A stretch of 32,000 bases of DNA from Xanthomonas campestris pv. campestris str. ATCC 33913 (GCF_000007145.1 NC_003902.1:218311-250310), one strand, 5' to 3'; positions 16,697 through 25,259 are shown, counted from the stretch's first letter. The notes: a model not told the origin generated them from the letters alone. Translations and numbers: made by a program.

Positions 16697-18769
16697 ATGC
16701 AAGACGCCATTCTCCAAGCCCTGCGCCGCAATGCAGCCGATGATGCCGTGGCGCTGGCCCGCGAGTGGGTGACCAGTGCACCGGACCTGTCGGCCGCGCA
16801 CCGCTGGCTGGGGCTGTCGTTGCAGCAGCAGGGGCAGCCGGTGCTGGCCCTGGCCAGCATCGAGGCCGCGCTGGAACTCACCCCGGAAGACGCCGACCTG
16901 CACCTGTTGCGCGCCGGGCTGTTGCTGGCCGTGCGCGATGTGCCTGGTGCCGATGCCGCGCTGTCGCGCAGCACCACGCTGGACCCCAACCAGTTCAATG
17001 CCTACGTGATGCAGGCGCATCTGGCCGTGGCGCGTGGCGACCTGGACGAGGCCGAGCGGCTCAGCCGCACCGCCGCACGCCTGGCGCCGGAGCATCCGCA
17101 GTTACTGGCGGTCGATGGCGTGGTGGAGATGCGCCGCGGCCAGAGCGATCGCGCGCTGTCGCTGCTGACCCGTGCGGCCGAGCAGCTGCCCGACGATGCA
17201 CGGGTGATGTTCGCGCTGGGTTTTGCGTATCTGCAAAAAGAACACTTTGCCTTTGCCGAGCGCGCGTTCGAGCGGGTGGTCGAATTGAATCCGCCGGGCA
17301 CCGCATTGCGTGCCTTCATCGCCCAGCTGGCACAGCGCCAGGGCCGGCTGGACGATGCGCTGAGTGCAATGCAGGGCGTACTGGCCCAGCCCGGTGGCGA
17401 CATCCCGGCGATGCGCCGGCTGGCCGGTGAGATGGAATTGCAGGCCGGCCGTCCGGACCAGGCGGTGGCGCACCTGCGCCTGGCGCTGGCCCATTGGCCG
17501 GCCGATCGCCGCACCCTGCACGCGCTGCTGAGTGCCTGGGAGCGGCTGGGCGCGGTGGACGATGCCCGCGACACCCTGGACGCGGCGCTGGCCACCTCCA
17601 GCAATGCGCACGACCTGTGGCTGGCCCGCCTGGCGGTGGAGCCGGTGGGTGGGCCGCAGGCGCAGGCGGTGATCGAGCGCTGGCTGCTGGGCATGCCCGA
17701 GCACCTGCCGGCGCTGGAGGCACTGATGCGCGTGCACGACATGCAAGGCCATGCCGACGAGGCAGAAATGGTGGCGCGGCAGATCGTGGCGGTGGAGCCG
17801 GGCCGCATCAGCGGCGAGCAGCGCATTGTCGAAGCCCTGCTGCAGCGCGACCCGCCGGCGGCGATCGCCTGTGTCGAATCCTTGATCGAATCGTTGCCCG
17901 CCCCGCAGCAGACCGTGCTGCGGCCGTGGCTGGGCAATGTGCAGGACCGCGCCGGCCAGCCCGACGCCGCGCTGGCCACCTGGATGCAGTTCCACCGCGA
18001 ACAGGCCCAGCACCGCCTGCCGTTGCCGCCGCAGGCCGCCAAGCCGTCGATGCAGTGGCCACCGGTGGGCAGCATTCCGGACACGGTGAGCGCGCGCCCG
18101 CTGTTTGTCTGGGGGCCGCCCGGCTCGCATGTCGAACGCTTGATCGCGGTCATGGACGCCGCCACCCCGCTGGTGCGTGGCGACCGCTACGGCAACACGC
18201 CACCGTCCGATGCGCTGCAGAGCTACCGCACCGTCGAGCAGCTGGGCAATGGCGAACTGGCGCCGCTGGCGCTGGTGGAAGGCTGGAAGGCGCAGCTGCC
18301 GCGCCGTGGCATCGACGACGGCAACGTCATCGACTGGCTGCTGTGGTGGGACAACACCTTGCTGACCGCGCTGCGCCCGCACCTGCCCGAGGGCCGCCTG
18401 GCAATCGCGCTGCGCGACCCGCGCGACATGTTGCTGGACTGGCTCTCGGCCGGCGCGCCCGCGCCGCTGGCGCTGCAGTCGCCACAGCAGGCTACCGACT
18501 GGCTGCTGACCATGCTGGAACAGGTGGCGGTGCTGCACGAACGCGACCTGTACCCGCATCGCATCATTCGCCTGGACGGCATCGAAAGCGACCCGCAGGG
18601 CATTTCGACCGCGCTGGAACAGGCGTTCGGCCTGACCTTCCCGCTGATCGAACCACGCGGCCCGGCCCGGCTGGCCGCCGGCCGCTGGCGCGATTACCGC
18701 GGCGTGCTGGGCGCGCAATTCGATCTGCTCACCCTGATCGCGGTGCGCTTCGGGTACCCGCAGGACTGA
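16697..18769 (+). CDS. TPR-repeat protein with C-terminal sulfotransferase-like domain
   Basis: 690 aa. The N-terminal 400 aa or so are repeated TPR-like helices (AHRWLGLSLQQQGQ, ALGFAYLQKEHFAFAERAFERVVELNP). The C-terminal part carries a P-loop-like WGPPGSHVERL, IALRDPRDMLLDWLS (the RDP.D...S block of bacterial sulfotransferases), and RWRDYRGVL near the end. The sulfotransferase assignment is tentative. Confidence 0.7.
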   Translation: MQDAILQALRRNAADDAVALAREWVTSAPDLSAAHRWLGLSLQQQGQPVLALASIEAALELTPEDADLHLLRAGLLLAVRDVPGADAALSRSTTLDPNQFNAYVMQAHLAVARGDLDEAERLSRTAARLAPEHPQLLAVDGVVEMRRGQSDRALSLLTRAAEQLPDDARVMFALGFAYLQKEHFAFAERAFERVVELNPPGTALRAFIAQLAQRQGRLDDALSAMQGVLAQPGGDIPAMRRLAGEMELQAGRPDQAVAHLRLALAHWPADRRTLHALLSAWERLGAVDDARDTLDAALATSSNAHDLWLARLAVEPVGGPQAQAVIERWLLGMPEHLPALEALMRVHDMQGHADEAEMVARQIVAVEPGRISGEQRIVEALLQRDPPAAIACVESLIESLPAPQQTVLRPWLGNVQDRAGQPDAALATWMQFHREQAQHRLPLPPQAAKPSMQWPPVGSIPDTVSARPLFVWGPPGSHVERLIAVMDAATPLVRGDRYGNTPPSDALQSYRTVEQLGNGELAPLALVEGWKAQLPRRGIDDGNVIDWLLWWDNTLLTALRPHLPEGRLAIALRDPRDMLLDWLSAGAPAPLALQSPQQATDWLLTMLEQVAVLHERDLYPHRIIRLDGIESDPQGISTALEQAFGLTFPLIEPRGPARLAAGRWRDYRGVLGAQFDLLTLIAVRFGYPQD

Positions 18770-18799
18770 GCGCGGCGCCGGGCCGGGCCTAGACTGGCT

Positions 18800-18841
18800 C
18801 CGCTTGCCGCTTGCCGCTTGCCGCTTGCCGCTTGCCGCTTG
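18800..18841. repeat. Heptanucleotide microsatellite (CCGCTTG)x6
   Basis: Six perfect units counted directly, starting 31 nt after the TPR gene stop. Confidence 0.95.
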
Positions 18842-18844
18842 CCT

Positions 18845-18864
18845 GCCCGCCCGCCCGCCCGCCC
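18845..18864. repeat. Tetranucleotide microsatellite (GCCC)x5
   Basis: Five perfect units, 3 nt after the heptamer tract. Together they form a compound SSR. Confidence 0.95.
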
Positions 18865-18953
18865 GCCGTCCTGCCGCCGCTCCGCGATGGATGCGGCCGG
18901 TGCTTGGGAGAGTGGTGCATGACACGGCACGCCAAGCACGCACCCCCGCTTTC

Positions 18954-19020
18954 GTAGGAGCGGCCTTGGCCGCGATGGGGCGTTACCGATAAAGCCCCGC
19001 GCGGCCAAGGCCGCTCCTAC
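18954..19020. repeat. REPIN-like doublet of GTAG-type REP sequences (21-nt inverted arms, 25-nt spacer), copy 1
   Basis: GTAGGAGCGGCCTTGGCCGCG (18954-18974) is the perfect reverse complement of CGCGGCCAAGGCCGCTCCTAC (19000-19020). Confidence 0.85.
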
Positions 19021-19233
19021 GAGTTGCGTCGCTTGCGATCTCTCGCCGTGGCGATTGGACATAGGTCCACATCACACGGCGTGGCGTCGTTGGACGTGTC
19101 GCCATTGATGCGCACTGGAAGCGAGACGCGTCGGGAGCCCGCTTCGCACAGTGCTCATGGTGAGCGCTTCGCAGCTGCTTCCGGCATGACCTGACAGCTG
19201 CACACGACCAGTCCCGCAAGCACTACCGCTTTC

Positions 19234-19300
19234 GTAGGAGCGGCCTTGGCCGCGATGAGGCGTTACCGATAAAGCCCCTCGCGGCCAAGGCCGCTCCTAC
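19234..19300. repeat. REPIN-like GTAG-REP doublet, copy 2
   Basis: Same 21-nt arms as copy 1. The spacer differs at two positions. Confidence 0.85.
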
Positions 19301-19512
19301 GAGTTGCGTCGCTTGCAATCTCTCACTGCGGCGATCGGTCATGCGTCCACATCAAGCGGCCTAGCATCTTCGACGTGCCGCCATTGATGCGAGTTGGAAG
19401 CGAGACGCGTCGGGAGCCGGTTTCGCACAGTGCTCATGGTGAGCGCTGTGCAGCTGCTTTCGGCATGACCTGACAGCCATACACGACCGGTCCCGCAAGC
19501 ACTACCGCTTTC

Positions 19513-19579
19513 GTAGGAGCGGCCTTGGCCGCGATGCAGCGTTACCGATCAAGCCCCTCGCGGCCAAGGCCGCTCCTAC
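19513..19579. repeat. REPIN-like GTAG-REP doublet, copy 3
   Basis: Same 21-nt arms. The array ends immediately after this copy. Confidence 0.85.
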
Positions 19580-19781
19580 GCGCGAGCTGCGTTCCGGGAA
19601 ATGCATGAAGATCGTCTCGCTCGCTTCCGAAGTGCTGTGACCGGATCACACGCGCACTGAGCCAAACAGGCCCTGGCCGTCACACCCCACCCGGCTGCGC
19701 CACAGAAGGTTCCACCGCGATGGCTTTCGCTGCCGCGCCGAGCCAGGCACCCTGGTGACCCCGATTCCACGGAGACCCTGT

Positions 19782-20393
19782 ATGCGTCTGACCAGCCACA
19801 GCATCGACAACGGCAAGCCGATCCCCACCGAGTTTGCCGCCGGCACGCCGGAGGGCTTTGCGCCCAACCGCAACCCGCATCTGGCCTGGAGCGAGGTGCC
19901 CGAAGGCACGCGCGGCTTCGCGCTGCTGTGCCTGGACCCGGATGTGCCCTCCGTGCCGGAAACGGTGGGCCGCGACGATGTACAGATCCCGGTGGATCAG
20001 CCACGCACCGATTTCGTGCATTGGGCCATGGCCGATATCCCCGCAAGCGTGCGTGAGATTGCGGCCGGCAGCTGCAGCGATGGCTTTGTGGCCAAGGGCA
20101 AGCAGCAGCCGGCGGGCCCGGCCGGCGCGCGCCAGGGCCTGAACTCCTACACCCAGTGGTTTGCCGGCAATCCCGACATGGCCGGCAACTACCTGGGCTA
20201 CGACGGCCCGTATCCGCCGTTCAACGATCTGCGCATGCACCGCTATTTCTTCCGTGTGTTCGCGCTGGACGTGGCGCAACTCGAACTGCCGACGCTGTTC
20301 ACCGCCGCCGATGTACTGTCAGCGATGCAGGGCCACGTACTGGCCGAGGCGGCGTTGCACGGCACCTACACGCTGAATCCTGCGCTGCGCTAA
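19782..20393 (+). CDS. ybhB: YbhB/YbcL-family PEBP (Raf-kinase-inhibitor-like) protein
   Basis: This is the inner ATG of track ORF 19755..20393, with GGAGA at 19771-19775 as a ribosome-binding site. It gives 203 aa. Motifs: NPHLAWSEVPEGTRGFALLCLDPDVP, DFVHW, GYDGPYPP and HRYFFRVFALD. Confidence 0.85.
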   Translation: MRLTSHSIDNGKPIPTEFAAGTPEGFAPNRNPHLAWSEVPEGTRGFALLCLDPDVPSVPETVGRDDVQIPVDQPRTDFVHWAMADIPASVREIAAGSCSDGFVAKGKQQPAGPAGARQGLNSYTQWFAGNPDMAGNYLGYDGPYPPFNDLRMHRYFFRVFALDVAQLELPTLFTAADVLSAMQGHVLAEAALHGTYTLNPALR

Positions 20394-21278
20394 GCCCGGA
20401 GGCAGCGCTCTGAATCACGTGCAGCAACTTCTGCTCGGCGGCCGCAAGCGGTGGTCAGCATCGCTCCTGCGCCGAGACGCGCGTCACTCGGGCGGCCCGT
20501 CGCCTTACGTAGGAGCGCGCTTGCGCGCGAGGGCATTCCCAGCAATGGTGCCGCGCTGCAATCGCGCTGCAACAGCCATCGTGCTGGTTGGCTCCAGCAG
20601 CATCGGCGGGCAGTAGCCGATGCTGCTGCAAATGGCCATTACGTCAGCGGTGCGTGGCCCTGGATGACGTAGCAATTCGCTTGGCGGATCCCTGAGCCAC
20701 GGCGCGTGATTGTGGCAAAGCATCCTGGAAAAGCCTGCCACGCGAAGCACCGCGCAGCTCACCACCCATATCGCAATCTTAGTCAGCAATATCGCGAATG
20801 CCCTCTCGCGCAAGCGCGCTCCCACCGAATCCTGCGCTGCGCTGAGCCTCGGAACAGCACTCTCAACTACGTGCAGCAACTTCTGCTTGACCGCCGGAAG
20901 CGGCGGTCAGCGTCGCTCCGGCGCCGAGACGCAAGTCGCTTGGACGACTCTAGCTCTCTCGTAGGAGCGCGCTTGCGCGCGAGGGCATTCCCAGCAATGG
21001 TGCCGCGCTGCAATCGCGCTGCAACAGCCATCGTGCTGGTTGGCTCCAGCAGCATCGGCGGGCCAGTAGCCGATGCTGCGAATGGCCGTTAATTCAGCGG
21101 TCCGTGGCCCTGAATGATGTAGCAATTCGCTTGGTGGATCCCTCAGCCGCAGCGCGTGATCTCGGCAGCGCATCCATGGGAACGCCTACACGCGAATCTG
21201 CCGCGCAGCTCACCGACCACATCGCGCGCATAGGCAGCAACCCCGGGAACGCCCCTCGCGCGCAAGCGCGCTCCTACG
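20375..21278. repeat. Macro tandem repeat, 452-bp unit x 2, bounded by inverted GTAG-type REPs
   Basis: GAATCCTGCGCTGCGCT occurs at 20375 and 20827. GTAGGAGCGCGCTTGCGCGCGAGGG occurs at 20509 and 20961. The inverted partner is CCCTCTCGCGCAAGCGCGCTCCCAC at 20801-20825 (degenerate) and CCCTCGCGCGCAAGCGCGCTCCTAC at 21253-21277. Positions 20509-20610 and 20961-21062 are identical over 102 nt, while the flanks have diverged. Confidence 0.9.
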
Positions 21279-21293
21279 TCTTAGCCACACGGC

Positions 21294-22118
21294 TTAGCCG
21301 CGCGCTTCCAGCAGCTGCTCCAGCACGTAAACCGGCGCTTCGCGTTCGTCGCCGCTGGCCGGATAGCGCGTCACGCGCAGCAAGGTGCGAATGCCGGGTT
21401 CGTGGGTGAAGCCCTCGATTGGCTGATCGAGCGGTTGCCAGCCATCGGCGCTGTCCTGCAGCACCGCCTGCGTCGCCTGCAAGTGCTCGCGCACCTGCAG
21501 GCACTGGCGGGTGGGCGCCGTGGTGCAGGGCGCGGTGTCGCCGGCTACCTCCAGCCACATGGTTTGCCCGGGCCCACCGAAGCGGGTGTCGGCGGTGGGC
21601 TGGCCGGCGAACTCCAGGCGTGTGCCGTCGGTGCGGGTCAGGCGCAGGGTCGGCAGGGGGGCTGCGCTGTCCAACGCAACCGCAAAGCGTCCCGAGAGCA
21701 AGTCGCTTGCGGCGCGTTCCTGTGCCATCCGCCGCGATTGCGCGCACAGCCGTTTGCTCGACACCACCCGGCCGATCTGCAGGTGCGCGGCTTCCACGGT
21801 GTACGCCGCGCCGAGCGCATTGCAGGTCTGGCTGACCTGCAGGCGTTGCGCGGTGAAGTCCAGCTGCAGCGGTGGCATGCCATCGACAAACAGGCTGCGC
21901 AGGGCAGTGCCGTGCGCATCGTGGGCGCGTTGCAGCTGCCAGTGATGGATCTGTAGGGCGGCGCGCAGCGGTGCGTCCTGGGAAGAGCGTTCGGGCATCG
22001 CGGTTGCGGCAGGAGTCGCTGGCGCTGGCCCACCCGCCGGCGCGGCAGGTGGCACATCGCGCCCGCAGGCAGTTGCACCGATGGCCAGCAGGGCTGGCGC
22101 TAGCAACACGGCACGCAT
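21294..22118 (-). CDS. Lipoprotein with META (HslJ-like) domain and DUF4377-like C-terminal domain
   Basis: 274 aa. The signal/lipobox-like N-terminus is MRAVLLAPALLAIGATAC. META-like pattern: HHWQL...LDFTAQRLQVSQTCNALGAAYTV...LQIGRVVSSKRLC. The C-terminal pattern WLEVA....C......CLQVRE.....W..L..PIEGFTHEPGIRTLLRV resembles DUF4377. Confidence 0.65.
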   Translation of the reverse strand: MRAVLLAPALLAIGATACGRDVPPAAPAGGPAPATPAATAMPERSSQDAPLRAALQIHHWQLQRAHDAHGTALRSLFVDGMPPLQLDFTAQRLQVSQTCNALGAAYTVEAAHLQIGRVVSSKRLCAQSRRMAQERAASDLLSGRFAVALDSAAPLPTLRLTRTDGTRLEFAGQPTADTRFGGPGQTMWLEVAGDTAPCTTAPTRQCLQVREHLQATQAVLQDSADGWQPLDQPIEGFTHEPGIRTLLRVTRYPASGDEREAPVYVLEQLLEARG

Positions 22119-22208
22119 CGATGGCTCCCGGGCGGCGGACCCGCTCAGTGATACCGCCAGCGGGCTGCCGGGGCAATGACGGCCGTCACTGCCCCGGCAT
22201 CGGCCGGC

Positions 22209-23000
22209 TCAGGCGGCCGGCAACCACAGCAGCAGCGCGGCGCCGAGCAGGATGCGGTACACCGCAAATACCGTGAAGCGGTGCTTCTTGATGTAGCCCA
22301 GCAGCCACTTCACCACTACGAAACCGGTGAGGGTGGCCGCAATGAACGCCACCGACACATCGGTCCAGTTCTCGCTGCCAAAGCCGCCTTCCTTGTACAT
22401 CTCCAGCAGCGCGTAACCGCTGGCAGCAAACATGGTGGGAATGCCGACCATGAACACAAAATCCGCCGCCGCCGAGCGCTTGCTCAGGCCCAGCAGCATG
22501 GCCAGGAAAATCGCCGAGGCCGAGCGCGAGGTGCCCGGAAACACGCCGGCCACCACCTGGGCCAGGCCAACTGCGATCGCCACCTTCCAGGTGACCACGT
22601 CGCGCTCGGGCAGCTTGCCGGCAAAGTGTTCGGCCACCAGCATCCACACGCCGCCGATCAGCAGCGCCCAGGCCACCGGCTGGATGGTTTCCGGCAATTG
22701 CCAGCCGGCTTTGCGCACGATCAGGCCGACCACCGCCGTGACCAGGAAGGCCACGCCGATCTTGAGCACGTAGTCGCGATTGGCGCGCTCGCCCAGGCCG
22801 GTGGCCAGGGTCCACAGCTTTTGCCGCAGCGCCAGGCAGATCGCCAGGATCGCGCCGGCCTGGATGACGATATTGAAGAAATCCGAGCGGCGTCCGAGCC
22901 ATTGTTCGGCGATCAGTAGGTGGCCGGTGCTGGAGATCGGCAGAAATTCGGTGAGGCCTTCGAGAATGCCCAGCAACAGGGCGGAAATGAGGTCGGACAT
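22209..23000 (-). CDS. uppP: Undecaprenyl-diphosphate phosphatase
   Basis: This is the inner ATG of track ORF 22209..23051 and gives 263 aa. The N-terminus is the canonical MSDLISALLLGILEGLTEFLPISSTGHLLI. PGTSRSA is present, and the protein is polytopic membrane sequence. Confidence 0.9.
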   Translation of the reverse strand: MSDLISALLLGILEGLTEFLPISSTGHLLIAEQWLGRRSDFFNIVIQAGAILAICLALRQKLWTLATGLGERANRDYVLKIGVAFLVTAVVGLIVRKAGWQLPETIQPVAWALLIGGVWMLVAEHFAGKLPERDVVTWKVAIAVGLAQVVAGVFPGTSRSASAIFLAMLLGLSKRSAAADFVFMVGIPTMFAASGYALLEMYKEGGFGSENWTDVSVAFIAATLTGFVVVKWLLGYIKKHRFTVFAVYRILLGAALLLWLPAA

Positions 23001-23050
23001 CGGGCGGGAGAGGAGTGCGGGGGGAGGTGAAAGGATAGTGCATTGCGGCA

Positions 23051-23067
23051 TGCACCATTTTGGTGCA
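23051..23067. promoter_or_regulatory. NtrC-type enhancer site, perfect TGCACC-N5-GGTGCA palindrome
   Basis: TGCACCATTTTGGTGCA matches the enterobacterial NtrC consensus exactly. Its centre lies about 110 nt upstream of the candidate sigma-54 promoter. Confidence 0.7.
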
Positions 23068-23081
23068 CGATGGATTCGCTT

Positions 23082-23098
23082 AGCACCAAGGTGGTGTT
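23082..23098. promoter_or_regulatory. Second, weaker NtrC-like site
   Basis: AGCACCAAGGTGGTGTT has 3 mismatches to TGCACC-N5-GGTGCA. Centre-to-centre distance from the first site is 31 nt, about three helical turns. Confidence 0.4.
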
Positions 23099-23161
23099 GA
23101 GCTTGGTTGGGCGATCTCGAATGAGGTCAGCAAAATCAACAACTTGTGAAGCGGCGCAGCT

Positions 23162-23177
23162 TGGCATGGTCCCTGCT
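23162..23177 (+). promoter_or_regulatory. Sigma-54 (-24/-12) promoter of glnA
   Basis: TGGCATGGTCCCTGCT has GG at 23163-23164 and GC at 23175-23176, the correct 12-nt offset for TGGCAC-N5-TTGCW. It lies about 47 nt upstream of the glnA ATG, with GAGG at 23211-23214 as the ribosome-binding site. Confidence 0.7.
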
Positions 23178-23223
23178 GTAGTACCGCCCACGAGCCACTT
23201 AACTCCTGCCGAGGTTTCTTCCG

Positions 23224-24633
23224 ATGTCCGTGGAAAATGTTGAAAAGCTGATCAAGGACAACAAGGTCGAGTTTGTCGACCTGCGCTTCGTCGATATGCG
23301 TGGCGTGCAGCAGCACATCACCTTTCCGGCCAGCATCATCGAGCCGGCGTTGTTCGAAGAAGGCAAGATGTTCGACGGCAGCTCCATCGCGGGTTGGAAG
23401 GGCATCAACGAGTCGGACATGGTCCTGCTCCCGGACGCGGGCACCGCTTACCTGGATCCGTTCTTCGCCGATCCGACCATCGTGCTGACCTGCGACATCC
23501 TCGACCCGGCCACCATGCAGAGCTACGAGCGCGATCCGCGCGGCATTGCAAAGCGTGCCGAGGCCTATCTGAAGTCGTCCGGCACCGCCGATCAGGCGTT
23601 CTTTGGCCCGGAGCCGGAATTCTTCATCTTCGATTCGGTGCGCTTCGCCAATGACATGGGCCACACCTTCTTCCAGGTGGGTTCGGAAGAGGCGGCCTGG
23701 AACACCGGCGCCAAGTACGACGGCGGCAACAGCGGTTACCGTCCCGGCGTGAAGGGTGGCTACTTCCCGGTGCCGCCGACCGACACCCTGCATGACCTCC
23801 GTGCGGAAATGATCAAGACGCTGGAGCAGGTCGGCATCGAGACCGAGGTGCACCACCACGAGGTGGCGACCGCCGGCCAGTGCGAGATCGGCACCAAGTT
23901 CAGCTCGCTGGTGCAAAAAGCCGACGAACTGCTGACGATGAAGTACATCATCAAGAACGTCGCCTACCGCAACGGCAAGACCGCCACCTTCATGCCGAAG
24001 CCGATCGTCGGCGACAACGGCTCGGGCATGCACGTGCACCAGTCGCTGACCAAGGGCGGCGTGAACCTGTTCTCCGGCGACGGCTACGGCGGCCTGTCGC
24101 AGATGGCGCTGTGGTACATCGGCGGCATCTTCAAGCACGCCCGCGCCATCAATGCCTTCGCCAACTCCGGTACCAACAGCTACAAGCGTTTGGTTCCTGG
24201 TTACGAAGCTCCGGTGATGCTGGCCTATTCGGCGCGTAACCGATCGGCCTCGTGCCGCATTCCGTGGGTGACCAACCCGAAGGCGCGCCGCATCGAAATG
24301 CGCTTCCCCGATCCGTTGCAGTCCGGCTACCTGACCTTCACCGCGCTGATGATGGCCGGCCTGGACGGCATCAAGAACCAGATCGACCCGGGCGCACCGA
24401 GCGACAAGGATCTGTACGACCTGCCGCCGGAAGAAGAGAAGCTGATCCCGCAGGTCTGCTCCAGCCTGGACCAGGCCCTGGAGGCGCTGGACAAGGATCG
24501 CGAGTTCCTCAAGGCCGGCGGCGTGATGAGCGACGACTTCATCGACGGCTACATCGCATTGAAGATGCAGGAAGTCACCAAGTTCCGCGCCGCAACGCAT
24601 CCGCTGGAGTACCAGCTGTACTACGGCAACTGA
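23224..24633 (+). CDS. glnA: Glutamine synthetase, type I
   Basis: 469 aa with unmistakable GSI sequence ([33 protein letters not shown]). The adenylylation-site context [10 protein letters not shown] is included. Confidence 0.97.
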   Translation: MSVENVEKLIKDNKVEFVDLRFVDMRGVQQHITFPASIIEPALFEEGKMFDGSSIAGWKGINESDMVLLPDAGTAYLDPFFADPTIVLTCDILDPATMQSYERDPRGIAKRAEAYLKSSGTADQAFFGPEPEFFIFDSVRFANDMGHTFFQVGSEEAAWNTGAKYDGGNSGYRPGVKGGYFPVPPTDTLHDLRAEMIKTLEQVGIETEVHHHEVATAGQCEIGTKFSSLVQKADELLTMKYIIKNVAYRNGKTATFMPKPIVGDNGSGMHVHQSLTKGGVNLFSGDGYGGLSQMALWYIGGIFKHARAINAFANSGTNSYKRLVPGYEAPVMLAYSARNRSASCRIPWVTNPKARRIEMRFPDPLQSGYLTFTALMMAGLDGIKNQIDPGAPSDKDLYDLPPEEEKLIPQVCSSLDQALEALDKDREFLKAGGVMSDDFIDGYIALKMQEVTKFRAATHPLEYQLYYGN

Positions 24634-24646
24634 GTTCCACCGCGGT

Positions 24647-24680
24647 GATGGCGGAGGCCCCCCCTCCCACCTCCGCCATC
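24647..24680 (+). terminator. Hairpin downstream of glnA (11-bp perfect stem, 12-nt C-rich loop)
   Basis: GATGGCGGAGG (24647-24657) pairs with CCTCCGCCATC (24670-24680). It starts 14 nt after the glnA stop. No U-tract follows, so intrinsic-terminator function is uncertain. Confidence 0.4.
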
Positions 24681-24866
24681 GCCGCACATGTTCGAGGGTC
24701 CATGGCAGGTGCCGTGGGCCGCTAGGGGACGAGAGAGTACACAGCACGCGGTGCGCGGGCCTGACCTCTCCCACGAGGCGGATGCATCGCATCCGCTGGG
24801 GTCTGCGCCACCGTGTGACGATTCATCAGGAATCGGGGATGCCGGGGTTGGCATCCAGGTGAATGA

Positions 24867-25259
<393 letters not shown>

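Larger units (their letters stand above)
18917..19579. repeat. Macro tandem repeat, about 280-bp unit x about 2.4 copies, each unit headed by a REPIN-like hairpin
   Basis: Hairpin starts at 18954, 19234 and 19513 give periods of 280 and 279 nt. The sequence between the hairpins aligns by eye along its whole length with scattered substitutions. A short degenerate leading copy begins at about 18917. Confidence 0.9.

Noticed and set aside
18917-21278. Possibility that the regularly spaced palindromic repeats form a CRISPR array.
   Set aside because: The periods are 280 and 452 bp, far longer than CRISPR repeat-spacer units. The inter-repeat sequences are homologous to each other rather than unique spacers. 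The palindromes are GTAG-type REPs, and no cas genes are present.
24779-24795. Small inverted repeat CGGATGC-ATC-GCATCCG upstream of glnB as a regulator site.
   Set aside because: This is a 7-bp stem in GC-rich DNA with no resemblance to NtrC, Fur or other sites I can name, and no second copy. It is too weak to report as a feature.
24849-24864. TGGCAT at 24849 as a sigma-54 promoter for glnB-amtB.
   Set aside because: The -12 position reads AA instead of GC (TGGCATCCAGGTGAAT). I found no NtrC-type palindrome in 24634-24920 either, so I cannot support a sigma-54/NtrC promoter for glnB from sequence alone.
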